Origin: Monocercomonoides exilis PA203
Taxonomy: Eukaryota > Protista > Preaxostyla
Assembly (NCBI GenBank): GCA_001643675.2
Contig: LSRY02000018.1
Span: 310,001 to 374,000 of the forward strand
Reading direction: 5' to 3'
Length of the DNA stretch: 64,000 bases
The number at the start of each line of letters is the position of its first letter. Within the stretch, counting starts at the first letter, position 1. A model generated the notes under the pieces. The model made no database searches, was not told the DNA's origin, and was given only the letters and a program-made list of their open reading frames with translations. A program made the position numbers and the translations under genes. Below, in pieces: positions 11,887 through 24,935 of the stretch.

Positions 11887-13299
11887 ATGTTTAAAAAAAT
11901 GCAGAAGATGTGCAATACAAAAAAGTTCACTGGTGTGCATTCGTTGTTGCATTTGAATTCCTGGTAATTGTGGTTCTTTCCTTTTTTATTGAAGAATTGT
12001 TTTCAGAGCTTGAAGATTGCAATGAAGATGAACAGAAAGCGAAAATTGTTGAAATGAATGAAGTGCTGGAAGAGATGGATAAAGATGAATTCAAATATGT
12101 TCTTATGATGGGGCAGCTAGAAACATGCAATATTATTAACAAAATGATTGAAAAAAAGATAATATCAATGGAAAATGCAGTTCTGTTGCTGAAGAACTTG
12201 GGATATTACAAAGAATTCAAAGACATTTGGATTCATAACTTTAATACATCAACGTTGAGTGAAAAATTTGAAGAGATGATTGTTGATGAAAATAAGAAAA
12301 ATGATTGAAAAAATGAAAAGTTTCTGGTTGATCTTTGCGAATGCTGCATGATGTTGTGCTCCAGATATATTTCAGACGAATTGCTTTCAATTTGCCTTCC
12401 TTGCGTTCTAAAGGTAGCTTTGAACAAAGATGAAAACGAAGAAACGCAAAAAGAAGTGGAGATGGCTTTGCTGGCTTTAAGCAATATTGATAATTATGTA
12501 AGAGCATTTCTATTTCATTTTTGATATTGTTGTTATTTTTCTTATTTCTGATTAGAAAGTGGAACAAAAAGTGTATTTGAACGAGATAACTGAAATCATC
12601 GAATATCACCAGGATCATCGTAACCTCACTCGCCTTGCATACCAGTCTGCTTGGATGTTTTTGATATTCAGACTTTGGGAAGATAAAAGTTTGAAAGATG
12701 TTGTTGTGAATGAATTGAATTTTGCAAGAGAGGCAACAAAAGAATTGAAAGAGCTGACAAAGTGTGTGAATTGGAAGAGAGAGAAGGAAGCGGAGAAAGA
12801 GGAAAAAGAAAAGAAAGAAGAAATTGCTTTATTGAGATGGCTGCGAATAACGGAGTTTTTCTTTCGTTTCTGCGAATTGCGGAATGAAGAATTTTTTGGG
12901 CTTTTCCGTTGCGTGGTTCAAATATATCGAGCTTCAATGGAGAATCACAGAGATATTTTTTTCATGTGCATTTTGTTTGCAAGAACAGCAGGGGAAAATG
13001 AAAATGTGAAAATTGACGGCATTTTGAGTGTCGGAGCTGTTGATGTATTTTTGTGGGAACTTCATCGGAAGACATTAAGTAACGAAAATATGTATAATGT
13101 TTTGGAATTTTTTAAATCTATTTCAGCTCGTTTGAGAGAAAAGAAGGGGGAGGATGAAATGGAAGAAGCGAAAAGAAAGGCAATCAAAATGGAGATATTT
13201 GAGAAGTTGGAAGAAGAAGGGTACGAAGATATGATCACAAGCCTTCATGAAGCATTTCGTTTCTTTATTGAAAAAAATATTGTATTTATTTATCTTTGA
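11887..13299 (+). pseudogene. Member 2 of the expanded helical-protein family
   Basis: Exons 11887-11932, 11995-12497 and 12556-13299 with GT-AG introns of 62 and 58 nt; one in-frame TGA at 12306-12308. Confidence 0.8.
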
Positions 13300-15711
13300 A
13301 TGTATTTGGTTTTAATGTGAACGTTTGAGAAAATGAAATGCATTTCGGTTTGTCACTAAAAACTATTATCTTTTTCTTTTTTAAAAATCGTTTCACAAAA
13401 TCGAAAACAAGCAATTATTCGAAGTTTTTTTCAGAGTAATTATTAATATTTTTTTTCTTTTAAATGGAATTAAGCAACTTAATAAAAACGAAGAAAAGAA
13501 AAGAAAAAGAGAAGAGAAGAGAGAGAGAGAGAAAGAGAGAAAGAAAAAGAGGGAGGGAAGGAGGGAGGGAGGGAGTGAGCGAGCGAGCGAGCGAGCGAGT
13601 GAGTGAGTGAAAGATAGAAAGAAAGAAAGAAAGAGAAAGAAAGAGAGAGGGAGAGAGAGAGAAAGAAAGAAAGAAAGAAAACTTACGAAAGATATGAAGA
13701 AAAGACTTTTTTCTGAGCATGGAAGAAGAATTCGACAGAAATGGAAAGGTTTAATGAAAAGAAACGAAGAAAAGGAAAGAAAATGAAGAAAGAAATGAAT
13801 TTATATCGAAAAAGACACAAAGCGGATGAAGTATAATCTTAAGCACGAAATTCTGATTAAACATGGGTGATTATTTTTGAAATCATAACTTTTTTCGGAT
13901 TGCTGATTTTTCGAAGATTGTTTGTTTTTTTAAAGTAAATTTAAATTCAAATGCCGAATTCATCACGACTTTTTAAAAAACAAATGTGAAAGCTGAAATA
14001 AAGACGATAATCTCTTGAATAGACCTGTTCACTTTTCGGTGTTCATTTCCAAACATTCGAAAATATTTTTCCAATTGAAAATAATGAATGAAAAAATATG
14101 ATGTCAAAAATTAACTCCCACATAATAAAACGTTGTTATTAGTTTTGTTCTTAAAATTAAAAATTTCGAATTTCCTTTTTCTTCTTCTTCTTCTTCTTTT
14201 CTTGTTATTATCTCTCATTTTCTTTTTGAGAAATTGTGATGCTTATCTTCTTTGATTAATTCCTCATTTCTTTAAGAAAACCTTGACTTCACATAATAAT
14301 TTTTATGCCTGATTTTCTCATTGAAACATCAGCAGATTTTCTTTGAGAAGCTCTTCATTGTTATTGCAATGAAGCTTATTTTTTGTTAATATTTCTTTCA
14401 TTTCTTATTTATTTCATTTTTTTTCACCTTTATTTTTTCTGATTTGTTCAAAGACGATTTTCATTTTTGAAAATTGAGAAATTTCTATTGTCTCAATTTG
14501 ATTAAAATCACAATTTTTTTGAACATGTGCTTTTTCATTGAACAGCTTCCTTTTTTATCCTTCTGTGTAACTCATCTCATTTATTCTATTTTGTGTTCAA
14601 TCTTTGTTTGAAAGATTTTTTTATTTAATTTATTTTAATTTTCTTTTTATATTTTATATTATTTTTTGAATATTTGTTGAAAAATTTCGAAGTTGTGAAT
14701 TAAAGTCGTTATTTTACAAAATAACTCAATTATTTGTTGTATCGCTAAATGAACAATAAAGAAAAAGATAATAGTTTTTAGTGACAAACCGAAATGCATT
14801 TCATTTTCTCAAACGTTCACATTAAAACCAAATACATTCAAAGATAAATAAATACAATATTTTTTTCAATAAAGAAACGAAATGCTTCATGAAGGCTTGT
14901 GATCATATCTTCGTACCCTTCTTCTTCCAACTTCTCAAATATCTCCATTTTGATTGCCTTTCTTTTCGCTTCTTCCATTTCATCCTCCCCCTTCTTTTCT
15001 CTCAAACGAGCTGAAATAGATTTAAAAAATTCCAAAACATTATACATATTTTCGTTACTTAATGTCTTCCGATGAAGTTCCCACAAAAATACATCAACAG
15101 CTCCGACACTCAAAATGCCGTCAATTTTCACATTTTCATTTTCCCCTGCTGTTCTTGCAAACAAAATGCACATGAAAAAAATATCTCTGTGATTCTCCAT
15201 TGAAGCTCGATATATTTGAACCACGCAACGGAAAAGCCCAAAAAATTCTTCATTCCGCAATTCGCAGAAACGAAAGAAAAACTCCGTTATTCGCAGCCAT
15301 CTCAATAAAGCAATTTCTTCTTTCTTTTCTTTTTCCTCTTTCTCCGCTTCCTTCTCTCTCTTCCAATTCACACACTTTGTCAGCTCTTTCAATTCTTTTG
15401 TTGCCTCTCTTGCAAAATTCAATTCATTCACAACAACATCTTTCAAACTTTTATCTTCCCAAAGTCTGAATATCAAAAACATCCAAGCAGACTGGTATGC
15501 AAGGCGAGTGAGGTTACGATGATCCTGGTGATATTCGATGATTTCAGTTATCTCGTTCAAATACACTTTTTGTTCCACTTTCTAATCAGAAATAAGAAAA
15601 ATAACAACAATATCAAAAATGAAATAGAAATGCTCTTACATAATTATCAATATTGCTTAAAGCCAGCAAAGCCATCTCCACTTCTTTTTGCGTTTCTTCG
15701 TTTTCATCTTT
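12426..15711. repeat. 954-bp inverted duplication (arms 12426-13379 and 14758-15711, 1378-bp spacer)
   Basis: Identical 246-aa and 89-aa translations on opposite strands; intron and 3' flank identical wherever I compared them; both arms are 954 bp. Confidence 0.92.
13490..13680 (+). repeat. Compound purine-rich microsatellite (GA, GAGG, GAGC, GAGT, GAAA)
   Basis: Read directly. Confidence 0.85.
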
Positions 15712-16250
15712 CTTCAAGGCAACTTTCAGAAGAAAAGGAAAACTGATTGATATCAATTTCGAAGAAAATCTGAAATTATTCAAAAGATAGCTATCACAAA
15801 GATCTACAAGAAGATTTTCATCTCTCTTTTCTTTTTCTTTCTTTTCCTCTTCTTCCATCATCTTCTCAAATCTTTCGTTCAACAAAGATTCTTCAAAATG
15901 CAGAATCCATATTTTCTTCAGCACAGCGCAATATTCAATGCGTTTCAGCAGCAACAATTCATTTTCCATAAACATTTTTTTTCATCAATCATTTTATGAA
16001 TTTTGTTGAACAATTCTGTTGTATCAACAGACTTTAGCTCATTCTTTTCCATGACGTCCATTATCTCAATCATTTCTTCAATCTTTTGTTTTTATCCCTC
16101 TTCATTGCAATCTTCCAGTTCAGATAATAATTCTTTCATATAAAAAAATAAACAAACGAAAACTACTTATTAATAAGAACAAAGATGTTTCAATAATTGC
16201 GGACCAGTAAACTTTTTTGTGTTATATGCCACCTTCAATTTTGAAAATGC
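14838..16250 (-). pseudogene. Member 3 of the expanded helical-protein family
   Basis: The last exon is identical to member 2. The upstream exon (LLSELEDCNEEG..., LLVDLCDSY) is diverged and has a stop and a frameshift. The 5' end is approximate. Confidence 0.78.
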
Positions 16251-16788
16251 ATCGAAGCCAGAAAACAATGTTATATCAATTATTATCATCAAAAGAGAAA
16301 TTGTTCGGAAAGAAAAAAATGCATAATACATAAAAACGCAAAACAAAAGGAAAAATATATAAAGTCAAACTGTCATCTCTTTTGTTAACATTTTCCTCTA
16401 AGAAATTTAAAGAGATACAACCCAGAATCTATTTTTTTTTGTTGTTTTTCAAGAAAAATTGCGAAATAAAAATATTAAAAAATTAATCGATTATTTCAAA
16501 ATCACATATAAATTTTTTTTTACAAAAAGCAAAGTTTTCCACAAAAAATATGATCCTTTTATCACTGAAAAAAAAATAAATTACAATCGTATTAAAAACA
16601 ATGAAAAAGTTTGAATTTTGTGAAAGTTACACCTATTATTCACAAAATCTGCCAACTATATCATTTTTGAAATATGTGTTCTGTTTGTATTATGACTTGA
16701 TGCACATTGCAAATAAATTGTTGTGGGATGCTGATCATTATTCATCAAGAATTTTTCTTTTCAAAAAAAGTCAAAAATAGCTAATCGC

Positions 16789-17658
16789 ATGTGCGTTTCT
16801 GCAATATCTGATTCAAGCGATTGTAGAGAAATTAAAGAAGCACAAGAAGAAGCACAAGAAGATCCTTCTCATTTTTCACAATTAACTCCTTGCTCAGATC
16901 TTTTTGATAGAATCGATGAACTTACTGTTTCGGAGAATTTTATTTATTGCACAAGCTATCACGTTGCAGACATTGCTGCAGAGAGCTTGCAATTTACGGC
17001 AAATTTCTTTCGGGCAAACACTATGTCTAATCAATCAATATATTACTGCAATATTTGTCAAGCATCAAATTTTCCGAAACACGTTCAAGACATAATCTCT
17101 GAATTTGGATATGATTACCCTCTGAGAAGGTATGAAAATAAACAGAAGGCTTCACCTTTGATTTCACTGGAAAATGGAACTTTCAGAAAGAGCACAAGCA
17201 CAATTATTATACGAATTCTCAAAATTCTTCGAAGTTATTGTCACATCCTTGCAACAGAAATTTACCAAGGAATTGCATTGTTTCGCAGAATCTGTGCCAA
17301 TCACTACAAATGCTCGTCTTTTGTGTATTTATTTTGGAATTCTTTGCAGACAATGTTTCTTACGTGCATTTTACTTGCACATAAGGCAAGCACGGATACT
17401 CCGTATAAAAATAGTGATTGGGAAAACTTGTTCGGTTATCCGCCATCTTCTATAAATCAGTTTGAGATTACAACGTTAGATTTCTTGGACTGGAACGTTA
17501 CGGTTGATTGTGCTGAATATTTGCATGAACGGAGAATTCTTATTTCGCAATGCGATTTCTATAGAGGAAGTGATTTCAACGAAAAGGCAGATGAACATCT
17601 GGGAAAAGAGTACTTTATTTGTTCTGACGAAGCAGCTGGAAAGTCTTATGACGAATAA
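16789..17658 (+). CDS. PHO80/cyclin P/U-like cyclin
   Basis: The intact 289-aa ORF contains MFLTCILLAHKASTDTPYKNSDW...INQFEITTLDFLDWNVTV, matching the PHO80-like cyclin box pattern. Confidence 0.8.
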   Translation: MCVSAISDSSDCREIKEAQEEAQEDPSHFSQLTPCSDLFDRIDELTVSENFIYCTSYHVADIAAESLQFTANFFRANTMSNQSIYYCNICQASNFPKHVQDIISEFGYDYPLRRYENKQKASPLISLENGTFRKSTSTIIIRILKILRSYCHILATEIYQGIALFRRICANHYKCSSFVYLFWNSLQTMFLTCILLAHKASTDTPYKNSDWENLFGYPPSSINQFEITTLDFLDWNVTVDCAEYLHERRILISQCDFYRGSDFNEKADEHLGKEYFICSDEAAGKSYDE

Positions 17659-18203
17659 GATTGTTGAGCAATCCTAATGTTCGTATTACTTGGCAATAAA
17701 TGTTTGAATTTGAACGTAGAATGAAAAAACAATGAAAGATGAAAATAAATTTTTTTCTTCGAAGAACGAGGGATCATTTTACAAGAAGTCTTTTGTTAGT
17801 TCTTTTTGGAAACTTGAATGGGGTGTGCAAAATGAGAATGCATTGTCATTAAAATCTATCTTCGCATAAGCTGAAGCCGGAGGGGCAATGGGCATATGCA
17901 TAATAGTTGCATTTACAAGTGTGAATGATTTTGATGATAATTGCAGAGGGTAAACAGAAATTTGTACTTCTTTTTAAGGATCACATTTCTAATCGATTTT
18001 TTGCTGCATTTATTATTTTAATATGTATTTTATTGTTTCACTTTCAAATTGCTGTTATTCAAAGCATTCATTGTTGTAATTTACTTTATGTTTTGGATGT
18101 TGCATTGGAAATGCTTTTTTTTCTGTTTTCTTACTTTCTTACTGTCTTTCTTTCTTCCTGTTTGGCTGATTCTTTGTTGAGGCTTATTCGTATTTTCCAT
18201 TAT

Positions 18204-18388
18204 TTTTGATTTTGATTTTGATTTTGATTTTGATTTTGATTTTGATTTTGATTTTGATTTTGATTTTGATTTTGATTTTGATTTTGATTTTGATTTTGAT
18301 TTTGATTTTGATTTTGATTTTGATTTTGATTTTGATTTTGATTTTGATTTTGATTTTGATTTTGGTTTTGGTTTTGGTTTTGGTTTTA
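18204..18388 (+). repeat. (GATTTT)n hexamer array ending in GGTTTT variants
   Basis: About 26 GATTTT units followed by 4 GGTTTT units. Confidence 0.95.
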
Positions 18389-19402
18389 TTTTATTTTAAT
18401 TTGTTTTTTGTTTTGTTTTATTTTATCACTTTTTATTTTTTATTTATTTAAAAGAATTCATGATCCTTATTGTTGCTTTTTTTTCCTTGATAAGTATTTT
18501 TTTTTCAAATTTGTATTGTTATGTTCAAATTTGCTGATTAATATATTTTTATTTATTGGCTAGTATGTTTTTCTTCATAATGAGATGTTCATTGAAATGT
18601 TGATTTTATAATGTGCTTTACTCTTTTTAGATTATTTTTTTCTTCTTATCAATTTTTGCAATTACCTTTTTTTTTCAGGTTTTGGATTTTTAAGATTTAT
18701 TCATTAAAATTATTTGTTTGTTCTGGATTGATCATTATTTTATTTTATTTATTTTTTGAATTTTTGATTATCTGAAAGCGTTCTCTCTATTTTAAATCTT
18801 TGTTAATTTGGTACAAAGATTTGAGTTTAGAGATTCATATCATTTTCTACCAAAATTCTGTTGAAATTTTTTAGCTCTTTATCTTTCAATGACAGTTCAG
18901 AGATTTTTAAGCAATCATATTATTTATTCATTTTTTCAAATATTTCGCAATCTTTGAGATAACCACTTCATGAACTGAGCGTAAAACCAAAACCGTTTAA
19001 ACACTGCTTTGTTTTTAAATTTGATTGACAAAAAAGAACTGGATATCATTTAGCACAAACATACAATTGATTGATAACGATTGATATTCAAAAGAAAATA
19101 ATTAAACTTCTTGATATGTTTTTTTCTTTTAAAATTTAAAATGAGTGTTTTTGCTTTGGTATTTTAACCATGAGCTGAAGAGTTGACAAAAGGTTTTTTC
19201 ATCTTTTAACAGAAATTATATTAATATTTAAAAATCTTGAAATTTCTGTTTGTTTTATAAAAAAATACAAGTGGACCTTAATTTTATTTGTTTCGAAGGA
19301 AATTGTGTGAAAATAAGTATTTTTGGCATTTTGAAGAAGTTTAAGGTTTCCTATTTATCTGTTTTACAATATATATAAGATTATTTTGGAAAGAGGGAAC
19401 TT

Positions 19403-20773
19403 ATGGATTGTATAGGTTTATCATCAGATGAGAATGGATCTCAAAAAGAAATGGAATTTGTGAAATGCGAAAAAGCTAACAATGAAGACAAACAACAAGC
19501 CGAAGTTTCAAATGCTGAATGCTGTGATAATACTCAAATTGCAGACGAATTTTCTGATGATGAAAGCAACTCGGAACAACCACAATTGGAGCAAAAGCCA
19601 TCAAAAAAGCTTACATATCGCCAAACATTAAGCCTTCGTTATCTTTCTGAGCCTTTTGATTCTTTAGAGGATAAAAAGCTGTTCGAAATGCCATTAAAAG
19701 AATATCTTAAACAACCTCGTAAAAATGACAGAGGGAAATCACTCAAAGAACTTCTTCCAAACCTCACAATTGTTGAAGATTCAACAAGAATCATTTTATG
19801 GAGAGGAAGTGTTGTTGATTTATCCGTTGATGCTATCGTTAACGCTGCAAATTCATCTCTTCTCGGAGGAGGTGGAGTTGATGGAGCTATCCACAGCAAT
19901 GCTGGATTTGATCTTCGAAGGGAATGTTCAACGCACGAAGAATGCGATGTGGGAGAAGCAATTATAACTAAAGGATATCATCTTCCTTCAAAAGCTGTTA
20001 TTCACACAGTAGGACCAGTTTTGGACTGGAAAGGCCGAACACGTCCAGAGAAGCTGAGGCAATGCTATCGCAGTTGCTTATCCTTGTGCGAAGAATACCA
20101 AATAAAGAGTGTTGCATTTTGCTGTATTTCGTGTGGTGTATACGGATATCCAGTGGAAGAAGCAGCGCCCCTTGCGCTCGAGGAAGTTAAACTGCATCTC
20201 AGACGAATGAAAGAAAAGCATCAAGTCACCAGAATGGAAGAAGATCCCAGAGAAAAGGAAAGGAAAGGGGAAATGATTGATGATGAAGTCAAAATGAAAG
20301 AAAATGAAAAAGAAGAAAAATGTGATGAGAAGAGCAATTCATCATCACCATCACCACAACCGCAAGCGTCATCATCATCTTCTTCTTCTCCTTACAGCAC
20401 TTCTGTGTCTTCTTCTTCTCCATCAACATCTTCTTCATCAGATGATGCAAAGTCATCATCATCTTCTTCTTCTGATTCTGATTCTAAGTCTGATTTTTCT
20501 TCTTCAAGCAAAACAAAAGAAGCGTCTTCTTCTCTAACAGATATTGTGTTTGTAGTATTTACCAGATCTGAATGGCAAGCTTATCAAAATGTGTTTGAGA
20601 AGGAAGCGACGCTGAGAAGAAATGGATTTGCTGCAAAGAAGAAGCAACATCACAAAAAGAATGATGAAGAAGATGAAGAAGATGAAGAAGATGATGACAA
20701 CTTTCATTCTGGAGGTCACTCGTCCAAAGGTAACAGGACAATTACTTCATTCTTTCACAGAAAAACTTGGTGA
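19403..20773 (+). CDS. Macro-domain protein (MacroD-like ADP-ribose / O-acetyl-ADP-ribose hydrolase family)
   Basis: VDAIVNAANSSLLGGGGVDGAIH, VIHTVGP, AFCCISCGVYGYP and the terminal strand IVFVVF in an intact 456-aa ORF. Confidence 0.92.
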   Translation: MDCIGLSSDENGSQKEMEFVKCEKANNEDKQQAEVSNAECCDNTQIADEFSDDESNSEQPQLEQKPSKKLTYRQTLSLRYLSEPFDSLEDKKLFEMPLKEYLKQPRKNDRGKSLKELLPNLTIVEDSTRIILWRGSVVDLSVDAIVNAANSSLLGGGGVDGAIHSNAGFDLRRECSTHEECDVGEAIITKGYHLPSKAVIHTVGPVLDWKGRTRPEKLRQCYRSCLSLCEEYQIKSVAFCCISCGVYGYPVEEAAPLALEEVKLHLRRMKEKHQVTRMEEDPREKERKGEMIDDEVKMKENEKEEKCDEKSNSSSPSPQPQASSSSSSSPYSTSVSSSSPSTSSSSDDAKSSSSSSSDSDSKSDFSSSSKTKEASSSLTDIVFVVFTRSEWQAYQNVFEKEATLRRNGFAAKKKQHHKKNDEEDEEDEEDDDNFHSGGHSSKGNRTITSFFHRKTW

Positions 20774-21509
20774 TTGTTGTTGCTTGGGAAATGTGTTTGT
20801 GTAATTTGATGAAATGAATTAAATGCTGATGCATTTTTTATTCACGTCTCTTTAACTTATAGATTAGAATTCAAAAATTGTTATTTTTATTTCATTTCAC
20901 ATTTAAAAATTAACTTTCAAAAAAAAAAAAAGAAAAAAACCAAAGACAATAAATTCAATGTGAAGAAATTTCATTTGCAGCAATGTTTTTGTAATTAAAA
21001 ATATAAATTCAACAGTTAGCATTTCTCACTTGAAATTTCTCAATGATAAAAAATGAAAGAAAGCATAAATCTTTCTTTTCTGCTGAATAAAGAAAAAAAA
21101 GAAACTAATTCTAAATCAAAAAAGAAACATACAAAAATGAACAAAAGAAGAATAATTTCTTAAAAATTTGAAAATAAAAACAGCACAAAGCAAATGAAAA
21201 ATAGATTACTGAAAGCCTCAATATATCACAATGCATTCAAAAATAAGAACCACAAATTTCTGGATAAATAAAACTGTGAATTAAAAAATAATGAAACATA
21301 TTTTAAAAACCACGAAGCCAATCAAAATTACAAACAGAAAATTTAATGATGAATAAATAGCACAATCAAAGATAACAAAAAAGAAAAACGAAAAAGCGAA
21401 AAGAAAAGGAAGGGAGAAAAGAATTTAAAAAATGCACTCAAATTAATGAATATCACACTTTTCGTTAAAAAATTTTCACTTAAAAATAGAAAACAAAAAT
21501 CTTCAGTTA

Positions 21510-22274
21510 TTACCTGTATTCCATTTTTGGAGAAGGTAACCCAACTGGAATCTGAAATCCAACACAAAGTTGATTATTATTCTGATTAAATGAAGGAGAC
21601 AGTTCTGCGTTAACAACGTTTACACTTTCGGATGAAGTTGGCAAATTTTCGAGCGAAATGCTTGGATTTGAATCATTTTCAATGCTTGTTTCCTCAATGG
21701 GACTGGGGTTATTTGTTTGATCTTTACTCCTCAAAGGATATGGTATTACGCATTTTCCATTAACTTCCTTAAACTGTATGATTTCCACAGCAATTCCGAG
21801 CAATTCAACAATAACTGAAAAAAGAAATGCATAAAAAATATAGGAGTTTTAAAGATGTCAAACGTTTGCATATTATTAGCAAAACCGAAAGAGCAATAAA
21901 GAAAAATCTGAACTTCATATTGTATTTATCTAAAATGGTAATGTACAGCAAAATCGTCAGGATTTTCAATTTAGTTTTTTCTAACCTTGAATTATCAACA
22001 AGATAACATCCACCCACCACGTAACGGAATTTACAAAGAGAAATAAAAATAACAAAACAAAATCGTGTTGTAGCAGTGCGATAAATCCGAAAAATGTAAC
22101 GCACAAATTTTGTGGTTTTAAACAACTAAATGTGTTTATCAAAGACAAGACCTGAAAACACGAGAAAATAAAATTTATGCAAAATATAATCCAATATTTC
22201 CTTACCATCATTATCACTAAAAAGCAGTAAAATATTCCATGCACAAAAGACTTTCTATCATTCACTTTTTCCAT
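21510..22274 (-). CDS. Four-exon multi-pass membrane protein (about 201 aa), AGTRAP-like
   Basis: Exons 22274-22206, 22151-21986, 21929-21864 and 21814-21510 splice in frame through GT-AG introns of 54, 56 and 49 nt. Hydrophobic segments show the N...G..A..Q.D, T...D(I/V) and RF....(I/V)L....K pattern of AGTRAP. Confidence 0.65.
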
Positions 22275-23699
22275 ATTCTCTTATTCAGTAATAAACCCAT
22301 TATAATTAATAAACGATTGATTTTCGAAATTTTTCATTCGCTTCATTTTCAACCTTAATGTGATAATTATTCATGTTGAAACATTATGATCAAAAATATT
22401 TCTTTTATATTGTTTTCTTTGAAAAAATAAAAAAAAAATTTGATTGAATTTCGCATCCGAATCAGTATATATTGTTTTCAATCGTATTTACTGTAATCCT
22501 TATTCATGCAAGAAAATATTGTTTTGAAATAATTATTTCAATAAAAAGTTCGAATATCGTCGTGAATAAAACGATGTTTAATCATTAAACTCTTTCATCG
22601 AATATTATTCTCATTTGAAACACTGACCAAAAATTATTCAACATCAAAAAACTTTAATTCAAAATCGAAAAAGAAGTAAATTAGTTCAGAATTTCAATTC
22701 AAGTCAAAACCAAAAAATTTCATGTAATCCTGTGTGACATGACACGAAAAATTAGAAAAAATTCAAAAATGACAGACAAGACTTTTTCAATTTGTCATTT
22801 TTTTGTCACTCAAATTAATAAAGTAAAAATAAAAACAATTGAAAATTTTTTCACATTTAAACGTTAAAAAACTTATTTAAGCTTTTATATCTTATTTTAC
22901 TCAACTTTCCATCAAAATCAAAACACTTTCAAGTCATTTTTTGCAAGTGACAAATTGATCAAATTAAAATATTGTGATTTTGTCACTTGTCAGATCTGTC
23001 ACTGACAAGTCAGATCTGTCATTTTGTCACATTAGAAAATGCTCCTTAATTCAAGTTGAAATCGAAAAGCAAATGCATTTTGTTTGTTTGTGAGGAAAAT
23101 ACTCATTTGTCACAAAATGATCTGACAGAATGAAATTAATATTATTCGAATACAAATATGGATTTTTTCTTGTTTTCGAAGTGTTTTTTTAAAAGCAATC
23201 ACATTTTTCTGCTCTTAACTAAGCTTTTATTTTTCAATTTTTGAACAAAATGGGTAATTTCTTTCTTGATTCGTGCATTCTTTTTGTTGTTCATTATTTT
23301 CTTTTTTTTCGAAGAGTCGAAAGCATGAAGAACCGAAACATAAACATATTTCTTCTTAGTTGTTTTTATTATCATTTAAAAACTGTTCAACATTTGTTAT
23401 TTTTAAAATACACACATAAACAGTTTTCAGAAATTAATAACATATCGCAGTTCTGAGAATAGTTTTTTTTAACAATTCACAAAGTTTTATGGAAACTAAA
23501 ATATTTCTTAATATTTTTTATCTATAACTTTCTTTTAACTTTAAATACTTAAGAGTTTTATTCAAATAGATGAGATGAATGAAAAAATTTAAAATAATTT
23601 CTAATCCAAACTATATCATGTTCTTTAAATCATAAATAAGCATTGCAATTTATTAATCCCAACTTTTCATCTCTGTTTTCTCATTCCATCAACGAAGCA

Positions 23700-24901
23700 G
23701 CATGAATAAAGAATCAGCTTAATCAACAATCAGTTTTTCATGTGGCGAGGAACATGCCATGACATCTACCGGATTTGAGAAAGAAGAGAAGCCCAGATGC
23801 AAGTATTCCATTCGAACGAATATTATTTTTGTTTCAAAAAAGTCAATGCTTTGAGAGAATGGAGAGGAAGATCGCTTTTGTTATTCAATATCATCATCTT
23901 CTTTTTCATCTTCCTTTTCAAGCACCCATTCAGGTATTTTATCTGAATCATGACCCAGTATATATTCTGTTGATCCACTCTCCGCCAGCAAATATTCAGA
24001 TGGTTCTGAATGTGCAATTTTCTTTGAATATAAACCTAACTTTGTCTTCGCTTTATTTACTTTTTCTGCATCATTTTCTGCTTTTCGCCATTGTTCCTCA
24101 AGAGACATCTCCATAGTTACCTTTTCAAATTCCTTCGGACACTTCTTAATAGTATTTTGTATTATTCATCGCATTTTTTTCTATTTTATTCTTTCTTTCA
24201 TTTCTTTAACTTCTCATGCGACTCAGCTTCAGACGTCCCGATCTCAACCTCGCTTTTTGTCTCTTCTCTGTCTGTCTCTTCAATCTCCTTCTGAAAATAA
24301 TCCTCTTTGTTCTTGTAGTATTTCTTCATATTTTGGTTTTTTAACGTTACGTCATCCGCTTCAATTTTCACTTTTTCTACAACTTCATTAGCTCTTTGCT
24401 TCTCTCATGTTTTTGCGATCATCTCCAATTTTTCAGTTCTCGTGTCTGCATAGCTTTCTCCTTTCATATTTTGCTTAATGTTTTCCATCTCACTCTTTTT
24501 CTCTCCTTCCCATCCCCCACCATCATCTCTCATCATTGCTCTCTTCTGATAGCACAACATCACTAAACTCCACATCGCTTTCATTATCGTCACATCTTTT
24601 ATCGATCTAAACTATTCTTCAGCCAAAACCCACTTTCTCTAAAACCTTCGCCCTCTGAACAACCAGCTTCTCCTCTCTACACATCGTTTATGCCATCATC
24701 TTCTTGATCTTCATCAGTCTTTTCGACTTCTTCCTCCTCATTATCTGTTTCTGATGTGTTTCAAAGCTGCACCATATTTTTGGCTTCTTCGCCTTTATAA
24801 GCATTGCCTTCACTTCTCTTTGAACTTTCTTTTCAATGGGATATACACTTCGGAAAGGATTCTTCTTTGATGCGTTCATCATTATCTCTGCTTTGTGAAT
24901 A

Positions 24902-24935
<34 letters not shown>

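Noticed and set aside
18204-18388. Telomere-like or CRISPR-like array; poly-(Ile-Leu) ORF
   Set aside because: Simple internal hexamer repeat with no spacers and not a G-rich telomeric unit; the ORF is an artefact.
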